DNA of 64,000 bases, from positions 124,001 through 188,000 of the forward strand of contig OZ361261.1 of NCBI GenBank assembly GCA_977018835.1, given 5' to 3'. Of the stretch, positions 47,040-61,238 are shown in pieces (position 1 is the stretch's first letter; the number at the start of each line of letters is the position of its first letter). Both the position numbers and the translations under genes were made by a program. Source of the DNA: Minutocellus sp. GHC0000111 (lineage: Eukaryota). The notes beneath the pieces are model-generated. The model saw nothing but the letters and a program-made list of their open reading frames with translations. It was not told the origin of the DNA and did not search any database.

Positions 47040-48848
47040 ATGAACATCTTGCTGGCCTGTGGCGGTGCTCGCCGCGCTACCATGGCGACTGCATTCGCCT
47101 TCAACGGTGTTGCCGTTAATGTGCCTCGTTCGGGGATCGCCTTGGCTCCCTCCTCTGGTGGGACGTCTGCGATCCGACGATTCATGTCGGCAGAACCAGC
47201 CGAAAAGACGGAGGAGGAAAAGGCTGCCATCAAGGCCGCCAGAGAGGCTCGCAAGGCGGAGAAGGAACGCAAGAAGCTGGAAAAGAAGGCCAAGAAGGAG
47301 GCCGAGAAGGCAGCTGCCGAAGCTGCCAACCGGATTGATGATGTGCAGTATCTGTCCTACGATCAGCAGGATGGATATGCATCGATGGGCGACATGGTCC
47401 GGACCATGTCAAGATCTCGTACTGGTAGAGATTTCGTCGACATTACCGACCTTGGCGCATCGGAGGATGCCACGTACAAGCCCGGCTCGACCGTGTGGGC
47501 TCGTGGTCGCCTCCACTCCATCCGTGTGAAGGGCGGATCGTGCTTCCTCGTCCTCCGTCAGGACTCGTTCAATACTGTTCAGGCCTGTTTCTTCAAGGAC
47601 AAGGAGGATCCCGAGGGATCGGCGAAAATGATTCGCTACCTGAAGTCCTTGACGGTGGAGTCTATTGTTGATTTGGAAGGTGTTGTTGCCGAGGCATCTG
47701 TCAAGTCTTGCAGCGTTCAGGACGTTGAGCTCAACATCAAGCGAATCCATGCTGTGTCGAAGGCGGATGCCATGCTTCCCTTCCTTGTGGAAGATGCCGC
47801 CCGATCGGAAGAGGAAGTCGAGGCATCACAGGATACCGATCGGCCATTCCCTCGCCTTGGACAGGAACTTCGGTTGGACAATCGGTGGATGGACTTGAGA
47901 GCGCCCGCCAACAATGCCATCATGCGCATCCAGTCGGCCATCTGCCAGCTTTACCGAGAATCGCTCTATTCGCAGGGCTTTGTGGAGATCCACACGCCCA
48001 AGCTCATCGCCGGAGAGTCTGAATCTGGTGCCGGTGTATTTACCACCGATTACTTTGGAACCGTCGCTTGCCTTGCTCAGTCTCCCCAGCTTTACAAACA
48101 AATGGCCATTTCGTCCGATCTTGAGAGAGTATTTGAGATTGGTCCGGTGTTCCGTGCCGAAAAGTCGCATACCCGGCGCCACCTTTGCGAGTTTACGGGT
48201 CTTGACCTCGAAATGGCCATCAAGGACCATTACATGGAGACACTGGAGGTCGTTCATGAGGTGTTCAAACACATCTTCACCGGTCTCGAGACGAGGCATG
48301 CCAAAGAGCTCGCAGTCATTCGTGAGCAGTACCCCTCGTCTGCTGTTACCTTCACTGAGGAGCCATGCATTGTTCATTGGCCCGAGGCCATGGAGATTCT
48401 CAAGGGAGAAGGATTCGATATGGGCGACGAAATGGGTGACCTTACCGGCGCCATGGAACTGGCTCTTGGTGCGTCAATCAAAGAGAAATATGGAACTGAT
48501 TTCTTCATGCTGGACAAGTATCCGGCCGAAATTCGACCATTTTACACCATGCCCGATCCCGACGATGATCGATTCTCCAACTCGTACGATATATTCCTCC
48601 GTGGACAGGAGATTTGCTCGGGAGCTCAGCGTTGTCATGATCCCGATCTGGTGATGGATATTATCGAGAAGAAGGGCATGGAGGCAGGTGACGGACTCAA
48701 GACTTACGTGGAATCCTTCCGTCATGGTGTGTCGCCCCATGCTGGTGCTGGATTTGGACTGGAGAGAGTTGTTTTCTTGTACCTAGGACTCGACAATGTG
48801 AGGAAGGCTTCGATGTTCCCCCGTGATCCCAACCGATGCACGCCATAA
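47040..48848 (+). CDS. DARS: Aspartyl-tRNA synthetase, eukaryotic cytosolic type, with N-terminal extension
   Basis: RLDNRWMDLR, FVEIHTPKL, ESGAGVF, LAQSPQLYKQM, VFEIGPVFRAE.SHT.RHLCEF.GLD.EM, RGQEICSGAQR.HD, GLERVVFLYLGLDNVR..SMFPRDP. Confidence 0.95.
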   Translation: MNILLACGGARRATMATAFAFNGVAVNVPRSGIALAPSSGGTSAIRRFMSAEPAEKTEEEKAAIKAAREARKAEKERKKLEKKAKKEAEKAAAEAANRIDDVQYLSYDQQDGYASMGDMVRTMSRSRTGRDFVDITDLGASEDATYKPGSTVWARGRLHSIRVKGGSCFLVLRQDSFNTVQACFFKDKEDPEGSAKMIRYLKSLTVESIVDLEGVVAEASVKSCSVQDVELNIKRIHAVSKADAMLPFLVEDAARSEEEVEASQDTDRPFPRLGQELRLDNRWMDLRAPANNAIMRIQSAICQLYRESLYSQGFVEIHTPKLIAGESESGAGVFTTDYFGTVACLAQSPQLYKQMAISSDLERVFEIGPVFRAEKSHTRRHLCEFTGLDLEMAIKDHYMETLEVVHEVFKHIFTGLETRHAKELAVIREQYPSSAVTFTEEPCIVHWPEAMEILKGEGFDMGDEMGDLTGAMELALGASIKEKYGTDFFMLDKYPAEIRPFYTMPDPDDDRFSNSYDIFLRGQEICSGAQRCHDPDLVMDIIEKKGMEAGDGLKTYVESFRHGVSPHAGAGFGLERVVFLYLGLDNVRKASMFPRDPNRCTP

Positions 48849-48926
48849 GGTAGCGATAGCAAATATTGGTCTCAACGCTGTTTCTGCTTATATTGATTTA
48901 GTTCGTACAATCCTACACGTATGCCC

Positions 48927-50140
48927 TCAGGGTATTGAGTCGATGAGAGAACCCAATACGAATCCCTCGAAACCGATGGATTGCTGAGCAGGACTAGTGG
49001 TATCAATTGTCGTCACCGACGGGCGAGAATGAGTAAGGGAGGGGTGGATAGCATCATTTTCGTGCGGGACAAGGAGAACGGGAGGGCGTGGGCGATGTTC
49101 AGAGGGCGATGGAGATGAATCTTTGCATGCATCGTCGTCATCACCAAATGTGGACTCAGCATCTCCACCTTTGCTGATAATACTAATGCTTCTGCTGGTA
49201 TCATTGGCGCCACTTTCGTCAGAATGCTCATCTTTGCTAACGGCAATGGATTCACTGCTATCACTCTCAGAAGTGTTGTCACAGCGATGAGTACCGGTAT
49301 GGCTACCAAGACGCTTGAGACGTTCTTCCAATTCTTGGACCTTTGTGGCCAAATCATCAGCTTTCGAAGGACTGCTGGTAGCATTGACCGCATCCCCTCC
49401 CTTCTCAGGAGTAAAGGTCCATTCAGGAGACGAACCCACTTCATTTGCGTCGTCCGCGAAGGATACCGGTGAAGAATGATCAGACTTTTTCGGAGAAGTA
49501 GAAGCGTGGGCATATCGTCTACTAAGCTCCTCCTCCCGCCCCTGATGCTCTTGCTGCTGCTCCTGCTTGCTCGAATCGTCCTCATCCTCATTCTCTCTTT
49601 CAATCTTTCTCGTAATGAATTGCAGATACGGAATATCATCCTTCGGCGAACATACCAAAGCATCATCTCCCACCTGGCGTCGATGAGTGCAGGTGGTAGT
49701 GGTCTTCGTTTCTGACGAATCACCATCAGCCTTCTTTCTCGTTGATACCTTCGGCTTCCTGCTACTACTTGGACGGTCCTGCCGCTGACCAATGCTCCTA
49801 CTACGCTCCACAACATCACCCGAATAACCATAATGGCCATCACCCCCTCAACCTGTAACTTTTCACCCGCTTCCCTTTCCATTTCGTCCCGGCATTCTTG
49901 CTCGAGCCTGGCCTGCAGAGTGAGGAGTTTGGCTCTGCGGGTCGCCACATCTCGAAGCTGGCGGGTGGAAATGTATGCAGCCGTCGATTGACGCTGTGTG
50001 CGCTCCCTGTCGATCTTCTGGCGCAGCGATGATGCTCGCAATTGAACACGGCCATCCCATTTCTCTTGTCGTCGAGTGCTGGAAGAAGAAGCGGCGGTGG
50101 TGGGCCTGGCAGCGGCGGTGGATGGACTGGTATCATCCAT
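48927..50140 (-). CDS. Hypothetical low-complexity/coiled-coil protein, split across two frames
   Basis: Overlapping ORFs 49013-50296 and 48927-49811, each partly protein-like; no recognisable domain. Confidence 0.35.
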
Positions 50141-50584
50141 CACCTCTCGATGATGTTGTTGGTGTTGTCGACCACGGAACCGAAAGCGTTCCAGCGCTGG
50201 ACGAGGTGGGAGGGGGCGCCACTCGTCGGAGACGGCATCTTGTTCGATCCGCCTCGACGTGCTAAGGAGGCCAGTCAGCGTGCGAGGGGATGGCATCTCG
50301 CAATCTCATCAGGATTGTACTCTAGCTAGCGCCATGGCGCAGCTCGACTTTGTTTGGCTGCCTTGCTGACTTCGGTCCGCCGAATTTCAAATGTTGCCGA
50401 TCTGACACAGTTGACAAAATCGAAAACAACAACACGTCATCGTCCGCGTGCTGGTCCATCCACCCATCCACCGTCTACCCATTTCCAGATTCCAGCCAGA
50501 GCGATGGTGGTGTTAAGGAGTAATAATACTACGTAGCTAGTAACTGAACGTCGTGAAGCAACCATCTCTAATCCAGCAGCCGCC

Positions 50585-52873
50585 ATGCCCGCCAGAAGCA
50601 AGGAAGAGCGTGAGCGCCGCAAGAAAGAATTTGAAGAGCGCAAGGCCGCCCGAAAAGCGGCAAAGGGTTCAGGTACCGCCACCAAAGACAAGGTCGCCGG
50701 TGGTGGGAGCGCGGCGGGAGGAGGAGGAGCAAATGACGGAACGGGTGCCGATGCCAACAAGAAGCAGGTCGATTTGTCCAGGTTGTCGCCCGAGGAAGCC
50801 AATGCCTTCTCGGCAATCTCCCAGCTATGCAGCGAGTCTGTTCACCAGCTATTCTCGTTGCTTCCCGCCAGGGAACTCGGTGGCACTACTCTGACTTGTC
50901 GCCTTCTCAACTACGCGCTCAAGGAAGGGCGTATACAGCACCTGCTATCGCGCCTCAAGGATGGTCGCAGGAGAGAGACCGATGCCACCGTCTTGATCAA
51001 CATGCTGGAAAATGAATCCGAGGCCAGAGAACTGCTCGAATACTCACTCGGGAGCAGAGACGACGACACGGGTCGGCTCAAGACAAAAAAGTCCAAGCGC
51101 AAGGGAGACGATTGCGGTGCCGATGAGTATATTGCCTACGCGCGCTTCCTCGAAAGTGCCGTGTCGGGGTATGAAACGCAAGGATTTGGTGGGAGGGAGG
51201 CGCCGGTTCTTCCATCGTGCGTCAATGGACGATTTGTCTCGGTATCGCCGGAGCATTCCCTTTGCAGAGTAGGAGGAGGCAACACATCAGGTGCTGGAGG
51301 GAGCGGCGCTGCGTCGTGGGGTGTCGGAGCTAGGGGCCAGCTTGGTCACGGAAAGCAGGAGGATAAGAGAGAGCCAACTCGGCTGATGATGGGCATCGGA
51401 TATGGCATTCGAATCGTTCAGGTATCGGCGGGCGGTGGTCTGGTTCGCGTGGCTCATTCCTTGCTCTTGACTTCGACTGGTCGGGTGCTTAGCTTTGGCT
51501 GCGCGTCACATGGACAGCTTGGCCATGGCTTCACGGCCGAAGGTGTATTGCACGATGAATTTCGCCCAAAATACATCGATGCCCTGGCACGAGAGCGCAT
51601 AGTTTGTGTATCAGCTGGAGAATTGCATTCGGCTGCTGTGAACGCCGATGGAGGTGAGTCCAAAAAGCATCTGAAACAAAATCCTGAGATTGATATCTTT
51701 TATTTCTCATCTCACAAAATACTGCATGCAATCTCTCTAACGAAACTAACAGACGTCTACACATGGGGAGAGGGGTTTTGCGGACAACTAGGACATTCTA
51801 CTGTCGATTCAGGTAACATTTGCGGTGACAAGAGACCACAGACGTTGCCGAAACAAATTGAACACGGAGGAATCGAAGATGAGGTGATCACCTCTGTGAG
51901 CTGCGGTGCCCGTCACACTCTATTTTTGACAGAAGACGGCGAGGTTTTCTTGACTGGACTCGGCCACTTTGGAGTGCTCGGACGCTCCTATACTCCCTTC
52001 GAATACGACGCCGCTGCTGCCCTTAGTGGTATGGTGGAAGATCTTCCCGAAGAAGAGGCGGCAGAAGCGGCTGAGGCAGCTGCGGTCGCCGACGCAGCCG
52101 CTGCTGCAGCACCTGCCGTCCAAGCCAAGAACAATACGGGCATTTCTGACGAGACTCGTGCACACCTTGATCTGCTAGCCAACTTGACTCTCGATGATCC
52201 CAGTGATCAGTGCTATCCAGTTGTCATCGACTCCCTGGAGGGCGTGAAAATCATTGGTGCAAGTGCAGGCCATCGCCATTCCATGGTTTTGGATGATAAA
52301 GGAAGACTGTATAGCTTTGGAACGGGCACGGGCGGATGCCTGGGCCATGGTGATTGCCTGAAGCAATCTTTCCCGGTTATGATACAAGAATTCGCGCAGA
52401 ATGATATTTCCATCATCAACTTTAGTGCTGGAGTCGACATTAGTATGGCGGTAAGCTCTACGGGTGGCGTGTACTCGTGGGGCAAAACGGATGGAGGAAG
52501 GATTGGACTTGGCAATGCAAAGACCAGCGTGTCGATCCCACGCAGGGTAGCTCTGCCCGATATTGGTAGTACCAAAGCAGTCGATGTTGATTGTTCCTAT
52601 GTTCATTCCCTCATCGTTGGATTGGACGGCTCGGTTTATCAATGCGGCGGCGTTGGTATCGATGGTGCAGACGATGGACAGAATTTGGATGACGAGTTTG
52701 CTGCCGACGATGAAAGAGCCGGTCGTCCTGTCAAGCTGAGGGGTTTTAACATCTGGCATCGCTGTGCCGAGCCCAAGCCCCAAAAATCCACAGAGAGATG
52801 GAAGAAGTATGGGTCTTATGAAGTTAAAGGGCGCGCTAACATGATGGGAGAGGCTGAGAAGTGGGGCACATAA
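50585..52873 (+). CDS. RCC1-repeat protein; 99-nt in-frame intron 51654-51752
   Basis: [42 protein letters not shown]...[12 protein letters not shown]. The GTGAGT..CTAACAG intron interrupts DG|DVYTWG. Confidence 0.88.
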   Translation: MPARSKEERERRKKEFEERKAARKAAKGSGTATKDKVAGGGSAAGGGGANDGTGADANKKQVDLSRLSPEEANAFSAISQLCSESVHQLFSLLPARELGGTTLTCRLLNYALKEGRIQHLLSRLKDGRRRETDATVLINMLENESEARELLEYSLGSRDDDTGRLKTKKSKRKGDDCGADEYIAYARFLESAVSGYETQGFGGREAPVLPSCVNGRFVSVSPEHSLCRVGGGNTSGAGGSGAASWGVGARGQLGHGKQEDKREPTRLMMGIGYGIRIVQVSAGGGLVRVAHSLLLTSTGRVLSFGCASHGQLGHGFTAEGVLHDEFRPKYIDALARERIVCVSAGELHSAAVNADGGESKKHLKQNPEIDIFYFSSHKILHAISLTKLTDVYTWGEGFCGQLGHSTVDSGNICGDKRPQTLPKQIEHGGIEDEVITSVSCGARHTLFLTEDGEVFLTGLGHFGVLGRSYTPFEYDAAAALSGMVEDLPEEEAAEAAEAAAVADAAAAAAPAVQAKNNTGISDETRAHLDLLANLTLDDPSDQCYPVVIDSLEGVKIIGASAGHRHSMVLDDKGRLYSFGTGTGGCLGHGDCLKQSFPVMIQEFAQNDISIINFSAGVDISMAVSSTGGVYSWGKTDGGRIGLGNAKTSVSIPRRVALPDIGSTKAVDVDCSYVHSLIVGLDGSVYQCGGVGIDGADDGQNLDDEFAADDERAGRPVKLRGFNIWHRCAEPKPQKSTERWKKYGSYEVKGRANMMGEAEKWGT

Positions 52874-52984
52874 TATGGAGCTAGGTATGTGCATTTCACT
52901 ACCTTCAGCGTCAGCATCGCATGGAAACAAAACATAAGTTTTCTCTTTAGGACTTTACATTCGAGATATACTAATATGTACAAG

Positions 52985-53043
52985 TCAACTCAAGTCATGC
53001 CTCTTGTATTTTTCTCAACTCAAGTCATGCCTCTTGTATTTTC
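52985..53043. repeat. 30-bp tandem duplication between convergent genes
   Basis: TCAACTCAAGTCATGCCTCTTGTATTTT at 52985 and again at 53015. Confidence 0.85.
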
Positions 53044-53113
53044 TCCAAAAAATAATCACTTGTTCCTTTCGAAGCGTTGTAGTCTCCCTTCTCGCATTGC
53101 ATTATCTGCAACT

Positions 53114-54410
53114 TTACTTGACTCTAGACCCCAAACGCATCTTCTTGTTGGTATTCTTGCGCTCCTGCTCCTGATACATGCTTCGGATGGATCTATGCAG
53201 CTGTTCTTGGGCCGCGGCTACCTGGGAGGCATTGTTGGTGCTGGCAGTCGCCATGGGGCGCGACAGGTACAGCTGGGATGGCCTCGGAGCCGGAGTGGCG
53301 ATGCTACTGATGATGCTGGTGGCGGTGAGGCCTGGTCCGGCCACCACGGATGCACCGGGAGCCATCTGAGGACGGAGGCCCGGTGCTGCCTGCCCATTCA
53401 TTATGGTGGCAAGCTGGGAAATGAGGAGGGATCGATTTGCAGTAGGAGCGGCAACGCCAATGGGAGTGGCGGTGGGTCTAACGGTTGCGGTCGTCGTGCT
53501 AGTGCCAGCGGAGATTCCTCCACCAAAAGAGAAGGGGACGGTAGAGGGACAAGTACTAGTAGCAGTCAATACAACACGCCCTGCTCCACCTTTCTCGGCG
53601 GCGGCCTTCTTTCGGCGTTCCAGTTCCTCCTCGAGGCGCTTGTTCTCCTCCTCGAGCTGCTCATTCTCGGCCGTCAGCTGATCGACCGTCGTTTGCAATT
53701 CTTCGACGATGATCTTCTTGCGCCTCCTCGAACGGCGGGCAGACATTTTGTTCTGCTCCAGGCGCTGCTGTCGCTTGAGCTCGTCGGAATCCAGACCTGA
53801 ACTCGCAGCAGCCTCGGCAGACTCCTCGGTGACTTCAGTGGCAACATCCACCGTCGGCTTGACGATAGGAGGAAAGACGGCTGCAATCGCAGCGGCGTCA
53901 TGAATCTTCTTGGGATGGCCCTGAAGATCGTAGACGGGCTTGGTGAATTTGCCATCGCTGTGGAGGGCACTTTTGCCTAGGAGGCCTGGCGTTTGATTGA
54001 GAGGGTTGGGAGTTGGGAGATGGGATTTGGTGTGAGCTTCGAGGGTTCGACCAAGTGTATGCCGTGTAATGTATGCAATATATAGTAGTAGCGAGAAAGG
54101 AGAGAGAACTTCTTGCGAATACGAAATTATTCGGCCTCACTCACCATGCGTGCCACCCAGATCACCACCGCCGCCACCAATCTTTCCGAGGCTGGACAAC
54201 GCCGCTGCCGCCGCGGCGGCACCACCGTCCGTGCTCTGCGGGGCTCATGCGATCGGAAAGGCTAAAATGGCTTGCAGTTGCGCTAGGACCGCCCAAGAGC
54301 CGCTGCTGCTGGTTCAGATCGGAAACTGCCGCCGCCAGAGTCGATGGGCCATTGGCACCGATGCTATGGTTGCGGTAGAAGTCGCCGGTGTTGTTGCGAT
54401 TGACGTTCAT
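53114..54410 (-). CDS. bZIP transcription factor; 5' exon structure uncertain
   Basis: KRQQRLEQNKMSARRSRRRKK basic region followed by leucine heptads (L..TVDQL..ENEQL..ENKRL). The frame stays open upstream to ~53985, and a probable 5' exon lies at ~54145-54410. Confidence 0.85.
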
Positions 54411-54965
54411 GCTGATGACAAGTAAGGACGATACCAACGCCTTTGGGTCTGTGGAATTAAAAAGTGTTGGGCTGGGTTAAAAAGTGGTACAGGATGAAAG
54501 ATGGCGATTGGGTGGCTCCTCGAGATGAACAATCGATGCGTTTGGCAACAGGCTAGGCCAGGAACGTGACCTGGCGCAGCAGCCGGAATTTGTCGCCACA
54601 GGGTGGGCCGCATGCACGGTCGCCGAGAAAGATGATAAAAGGGGCTATTGTGTTGGTGAGAAGTGAAAAATTCAGAAAACGTCTTTCTGGCAAAACTTAT
54701 GGAATTTTTCATCACATCCCGTCATGACAACAGGGGGAACAGAAAAAGACACTACAAATCCAGATGCCCTCGCGTCACTATACACAAGATCGTCGTGACG
54801 TGGCAATCTGAGTCATTCGACTTAGAGTATGCAGGCAATTATTATTTGAAAGCGGTCTGTCCCTCATCAGTTGCGTTGCCATGGCCCATGGCATCATGGC
54901 ATGGCAGTCATTTCATTCAATTCGAGTGATGACGACGAGCAGCTCGTCAGGAGCCTTCCTTTTAA

Positions 54966-56764
<1,799 letters not shown>

Positions 56765-57379
56765 TCATGCAAAGGACGTTGTAATTATGAGCATAAATCT
56801 AGTTTCAACCAAATTGTTCGTCATTTGCTGCTGCACTGTCTGTGTGCGGACGGACAGTGTGTGTGACGCCTGTGATTTTTTGGGTCCTCCTCTGGTAGAC
56901 CCACCGAACCGGAAAGTAGATCTGATCCAGAGATCAGTGCCATTATATCCATCACCATCCATACATGTACTGGCATTAGATTCAACTAACTGGCCTTTCC
57001 AATCAATGCATTGCGAATCGATTGGGAGGCGTCGTCCACGCCACTCCATCGGCCGCAGGCTAATCTCGGTCGAGTGAATCCAGTGGCGGGCCCGCCAACG
57101 CAAGCAGCGCGACACTATCGAGCCATCGGCATCTCTGAAACTCAAAGCCCATTCCGACATATCCCGGTTCGGGCGAGAGCATGGGAAATGCTTGGAGATG
57201 GCCGAGAGATACACGGCGAGCATTTTAATTTGCAGGTTTGATGTGGAATAATGAGCAGCATTGCCGTTGAATGAGCGACACATCTTCCAACGTCACGCAC
57301 CTCCGAGCACGAGTCATCGTTTCGTGAACCACTCGCTCGTCCTCTGCCACTCACCGCTCCACCTACAGAACTGAAGCCA

Positions 57380-58475
57380 ATGTTTCGAAACACATTCCAA
57401 TCTGGATTCCTGTCCATCCTATATTCAATCGGGTAAGTGGAGTTGTTGTATGATTGTATGTATGTGATGGTGAAAGAGACAAAGTGACGAGTTGGTAGTA
57501 TTTCACATTCCCTCGAGCTCTCACCTTCCCCACACCACTCGCAACCACTCGCATCCCACCACCACTTGCGTACACAGATCCAAACCGTTGCAGATATGGG
57601 ACGCCACTGTACAGAATGGTCACGTGAAACGCATTACCGACCCCGACATTCAAAGCTCTGTGGTGGAGGTCATGGGAACGAACGTGTCGACGAACTACAT
57701 CGTCTGTCCGGCTGATTCCAAAAAGACCCTGGGCATTAAGCTGCCCTTCCTGGTGATGATCCTCAAGAACATGAACAAGTACTTTACCTTCGAGGTTCAG
57801 GTTCTGGATGATAAGAACGTTCGGCGTCGATTCCGTGCCTCCAATTACCAATCGACGACGCGCGTCAAGCCCTTCATCTGCACCATGCCCATGAGATTGG
57901 ACGACGGTTGGAATCAAATTCAGTTCAATCTTAGTGACTTTACCCGTCGTGCGTATGGTATCAACTACGTCGAAACGTTGCGGGTCCAGATCCATGCCAA
58001 TTGCCGCATTCGTCGAATCTACTTCTCCGACCGGTTGTACACTGAGGACGAACTTCCTGCGGAATTCCGCCTTCTGATGCCGATTGCGAAGAAGAATCGC
58101 GATCTTGCCGCGCACGCAGAGAGGGATGCATTGCGGAAGCAGGTGGGAACTGAAACTGCAAAGAGCGAAAGTAAGGGTGCTCTGTGCGATCGGTCGGGTG
58201 ATGGCAATCACGATGGGGGTGTTGGCAGTGAAGAAAAGACGACCTCGACCACCTGCACTGCCACTGTCGCTGCGACTACTGATACTGATACTGATTCGAA
58301 ATCCGAGAAAGAAGGACAAAATGTGGTTACGACGACTAGATCTACTGATAGTGCCGAGAAAATTGCAAAGGACCCAGATGCCGCTCCTGCCGTGCCCGGT
58401 GATGATGCCAAAGTACCTCGTACTGCCGACACTACTGTCGCCGCTGAACCTGCCCACCGCAGGCTAGCTAGCTAG
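57380..58475 (+). CDS. CFAP20: Cilia- and flagella-associated protein 20 (BUG22) with long C-terminal extension; intron 57433-57577
   Basis: [49 protein letters not shown]...[41 protein letters not shown]. Confidence 0.95.
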
Positions 58476-58937
58476 CTAGCAATATATAGATGCTGTGTGT
58501 ATGTAATAAGCGATAGCATTAGTATGTATGTGCATTATTAGTAGCGGTAGCGATGTACACATGAGGTCACCTCGAGTAGCTCTACATTCTTGGTGTCTCC
58601 CTCATTCATCTATTGTAAATAAAAATAATTGATTGCAGTATCGTAGCGTAGCACTTGGTACTTCAAAATCTGAACCAGATCAATCGGATTGAATTGGATG
58701 ATTCTTATTCTTCTATTGGCGCGATGGTAGACATTTGCATGAATTTCAGTGCAGTAGCAGTTCAGTCAGCTGTGGGTATGATGAGCGAAGATGAGTGTGC
58801 ATGGAAGCGAGAGAAGAATGTCGATTGATGTTTCTCTTCTCATCCTTTTCCAGGACTGCGGTGGCGGCACGTTAGGAGGACTATCTCGAAGGCAGATAGA
58901 CTCTCAGTGCTTGGATAGAAATAGCGAAAGAATCGAA

Positions 58938-59920
58938 TCACTGGTTGTGTCCAAACATAAGTGCAGCTTCCTCAAGAGTGGGAAGGGCATGCTCAAAGCC
59001 ACTGCCGGCATTGCCACACACGCTCGTCCACTGAGTGGTGTCCTTTCCGACGTATTCTGAGCGAGGGGCCTCATGATGAGGAATATGATGAACGGTAACC
59101 TTTTTGGGCGATGTACGGCAGCGTTTTGAGGGGCCCTCGTAGGAATCCTCGTCATCGCTGCTGTCCAAAGTGGAGCATCTGCTGCGCTTGAGATCGAGAA
59201 TGATTTCGACCTGTAAGAGATGTAGGGATGGCGAGAATGGCAAATAAATTTTGGAAATGTTAGCAAGAATATATGGAATAAAATAATCTTGTCAAGGATC
59301 TTTCCAATGGTTCCAATATGGAAATGTCTTTTTCTCACCTTTCTTTCGGGGGACGCAAATGAAACGCTGTCATCGTCGTCAAAGGAGTTGCTGTCAGACA
59401 GCTCGGACGAGAGGGAGGATGCGGAACCAATACTAACGGCTCGGGCCGCAGGACTGGCATGATGAGAATGTGGCGATGTCATAGTGGGCGAATTGAAACC
59501 ATTGCTGCTGCCTCCATCGATGCTGACCCTCCTACCGCGGCCGAGAAACTGGCGGGTGGATGATTTGGGAGCAGGCGAGGCGGTGATCACTGCCGAAGCT
59601 GTCGAAGATACGCTCAGCGCAGCATTTCCGCCAGCCATTTTGGCCTTGGCAGCCTCAGCCTTTTGCTGCTGAAGCCTTGCCTCGTAGCGTGGCTTCCAGT
59701 ACCTCTTGCGATTGTTGACGAACCAATTCGTCAGAGGCTTGATGCCAATGCCGGTATCGGCAATAATCTGAGCCTTTTCTCGCTCGGTGGGGTAGGGATG
59801 GTTGATGTGCTCGGGGCTCATCATCCAATTCTTCAAGTATTCGACGGTTTCGGCCGGAAGGGTCGTTGATTTGCGCACATTGCTTTTTTGCTGCTGCGTT
59901 GACTTGACCTTGAGCATCAT
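58938..59920 (-). CDS. TALE-class (KN-type) homeodomain transcription factor; intron 59338-59211
   Basis: LPAETVEYLKNWMMSPEHINHPYPT..EK......TGI....LTNWFVNNRKRYW. The GTGAG..TACAG intron joins to ORF 58938-59243. Confidence 0.88.
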
Positions 59921-61238
59921 GGTTGACTTTGTTGATGGCAATGAATGGGTGATGTCTGTGTGCGACGAGAAAAAGTGAGACGACAATGGAAAGTCAGTAC
60001 TTACGAAATGATGTAAAAATTAATGACGTGGATTGAGATCGAAAAAGTTAGGAGCCATTTGAGATAAGTGCAGTCAACCGCTTGATTGCAAACTTCGGTA
60101 TGACGTCAATTAGAAGCAAAAAGCTGGAGGACACTGCCGAAAATCCATCAACCATGAGGGAATTTGTTGGTGGTGGCTGGGGCTTGCGCCTTGCGGTCAA
60201 GCTGATGCCAGGCGGACCGATTTGATTTGTTCTGGTTGAGAGGAAGTATACGCATGACTTCGATAAGGAGATCGCTTTGCAATACAGTGCATATTCCTGC
60301 TAGAGAGGAAATTGAACCGACAAGCACATCTCATTGTTGTCTTTGTGCTCGATGTCACATCTGCCAAGGGACGACTTGGCATTTTGTTTGCACCAGTGGA
60401 CTAATTGGAGAAGGACATACGGCATTGTCCGCCGGTCGCGAAATTACTTCTCGATCAATACGAAGAAAATCACATTGACGGATTGGCGTCAATGTCGTTG
60501 TCGGGTCTGTTACTGATGTCATTGTCGGCGTGTGCCAAAGTAGCGATTTGTGCCTCATTACTTTTACATCGCTCTGCGTCAAAGAATGATTGATAACGAA
60601 TCGAAAATATGATACGCACCTTGAATATTTGCTCGCGCAGGAGTTGTTGTTAGGAATTGTTGATAGCGTCGGTCGCTATGTCTTCGATGGTTGAAAAGTG
60701 ATGGCTGGAAGAGGCCGTGGTGATGTTGTTGTGTGCGCCATCAAAGGAAGTTCAAGCATTGCGATGTGGCATTTTGGACCAAAAAGGTGTCTTTGAGTGG
60801 AGGAAATAAGTCCAAAATATCAATTACGTCAGACAAACATTGAGTGACGTACTTTCTCGTTAGCGTCATTAGCGTCATCCAGAAATATGCTGTGGCACAA
60901 ATTTGCGACGAGAGGCTGGCCAAGCAAGGGGAGAGAGAGAAGAGTCGACCACCAGGAATGAATGCTGCTTAGTGCTGGGAATGTCAGGCGTTACTTCCGC
61001 TCGTAGAGGTACATGTGCAGGATTCTTGAACATCAGATCTATCCATCCGCCTGGCCTGGCTGCTAGATGTACGTTACAAAAAAACACAATGATGATGAAT
61101 GGCAACTTTTTGGTGGTATTTCATATTTGCTTTTGTGTCTGTGTGCCCTGCCTGCATAGCTAGCTAGATCTACAACACTAAAATATCTACATCTACCATC
61201 AACAGAGTAATTGTTGTCGCATCGTTATTTTCCGATAA

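Noticed and set aside
39837..48848. Co-oriented methyltransferase, DUF1415, AACS and AspRS as a biosynthetic cluster or operon
   Set aside because: No shared pathway logic, separated by repeat-rich spacers; ordinary eukaryotic gene order.
52889..53800. 303-aa plus-strand ORF
   Set aside because: Antisense to the bZIP gene and runs through an AT-rich 3' region.
57363..58457. 364-aa minus-strand ORF
   Set aside because: Antisense shadow of CFAP20.
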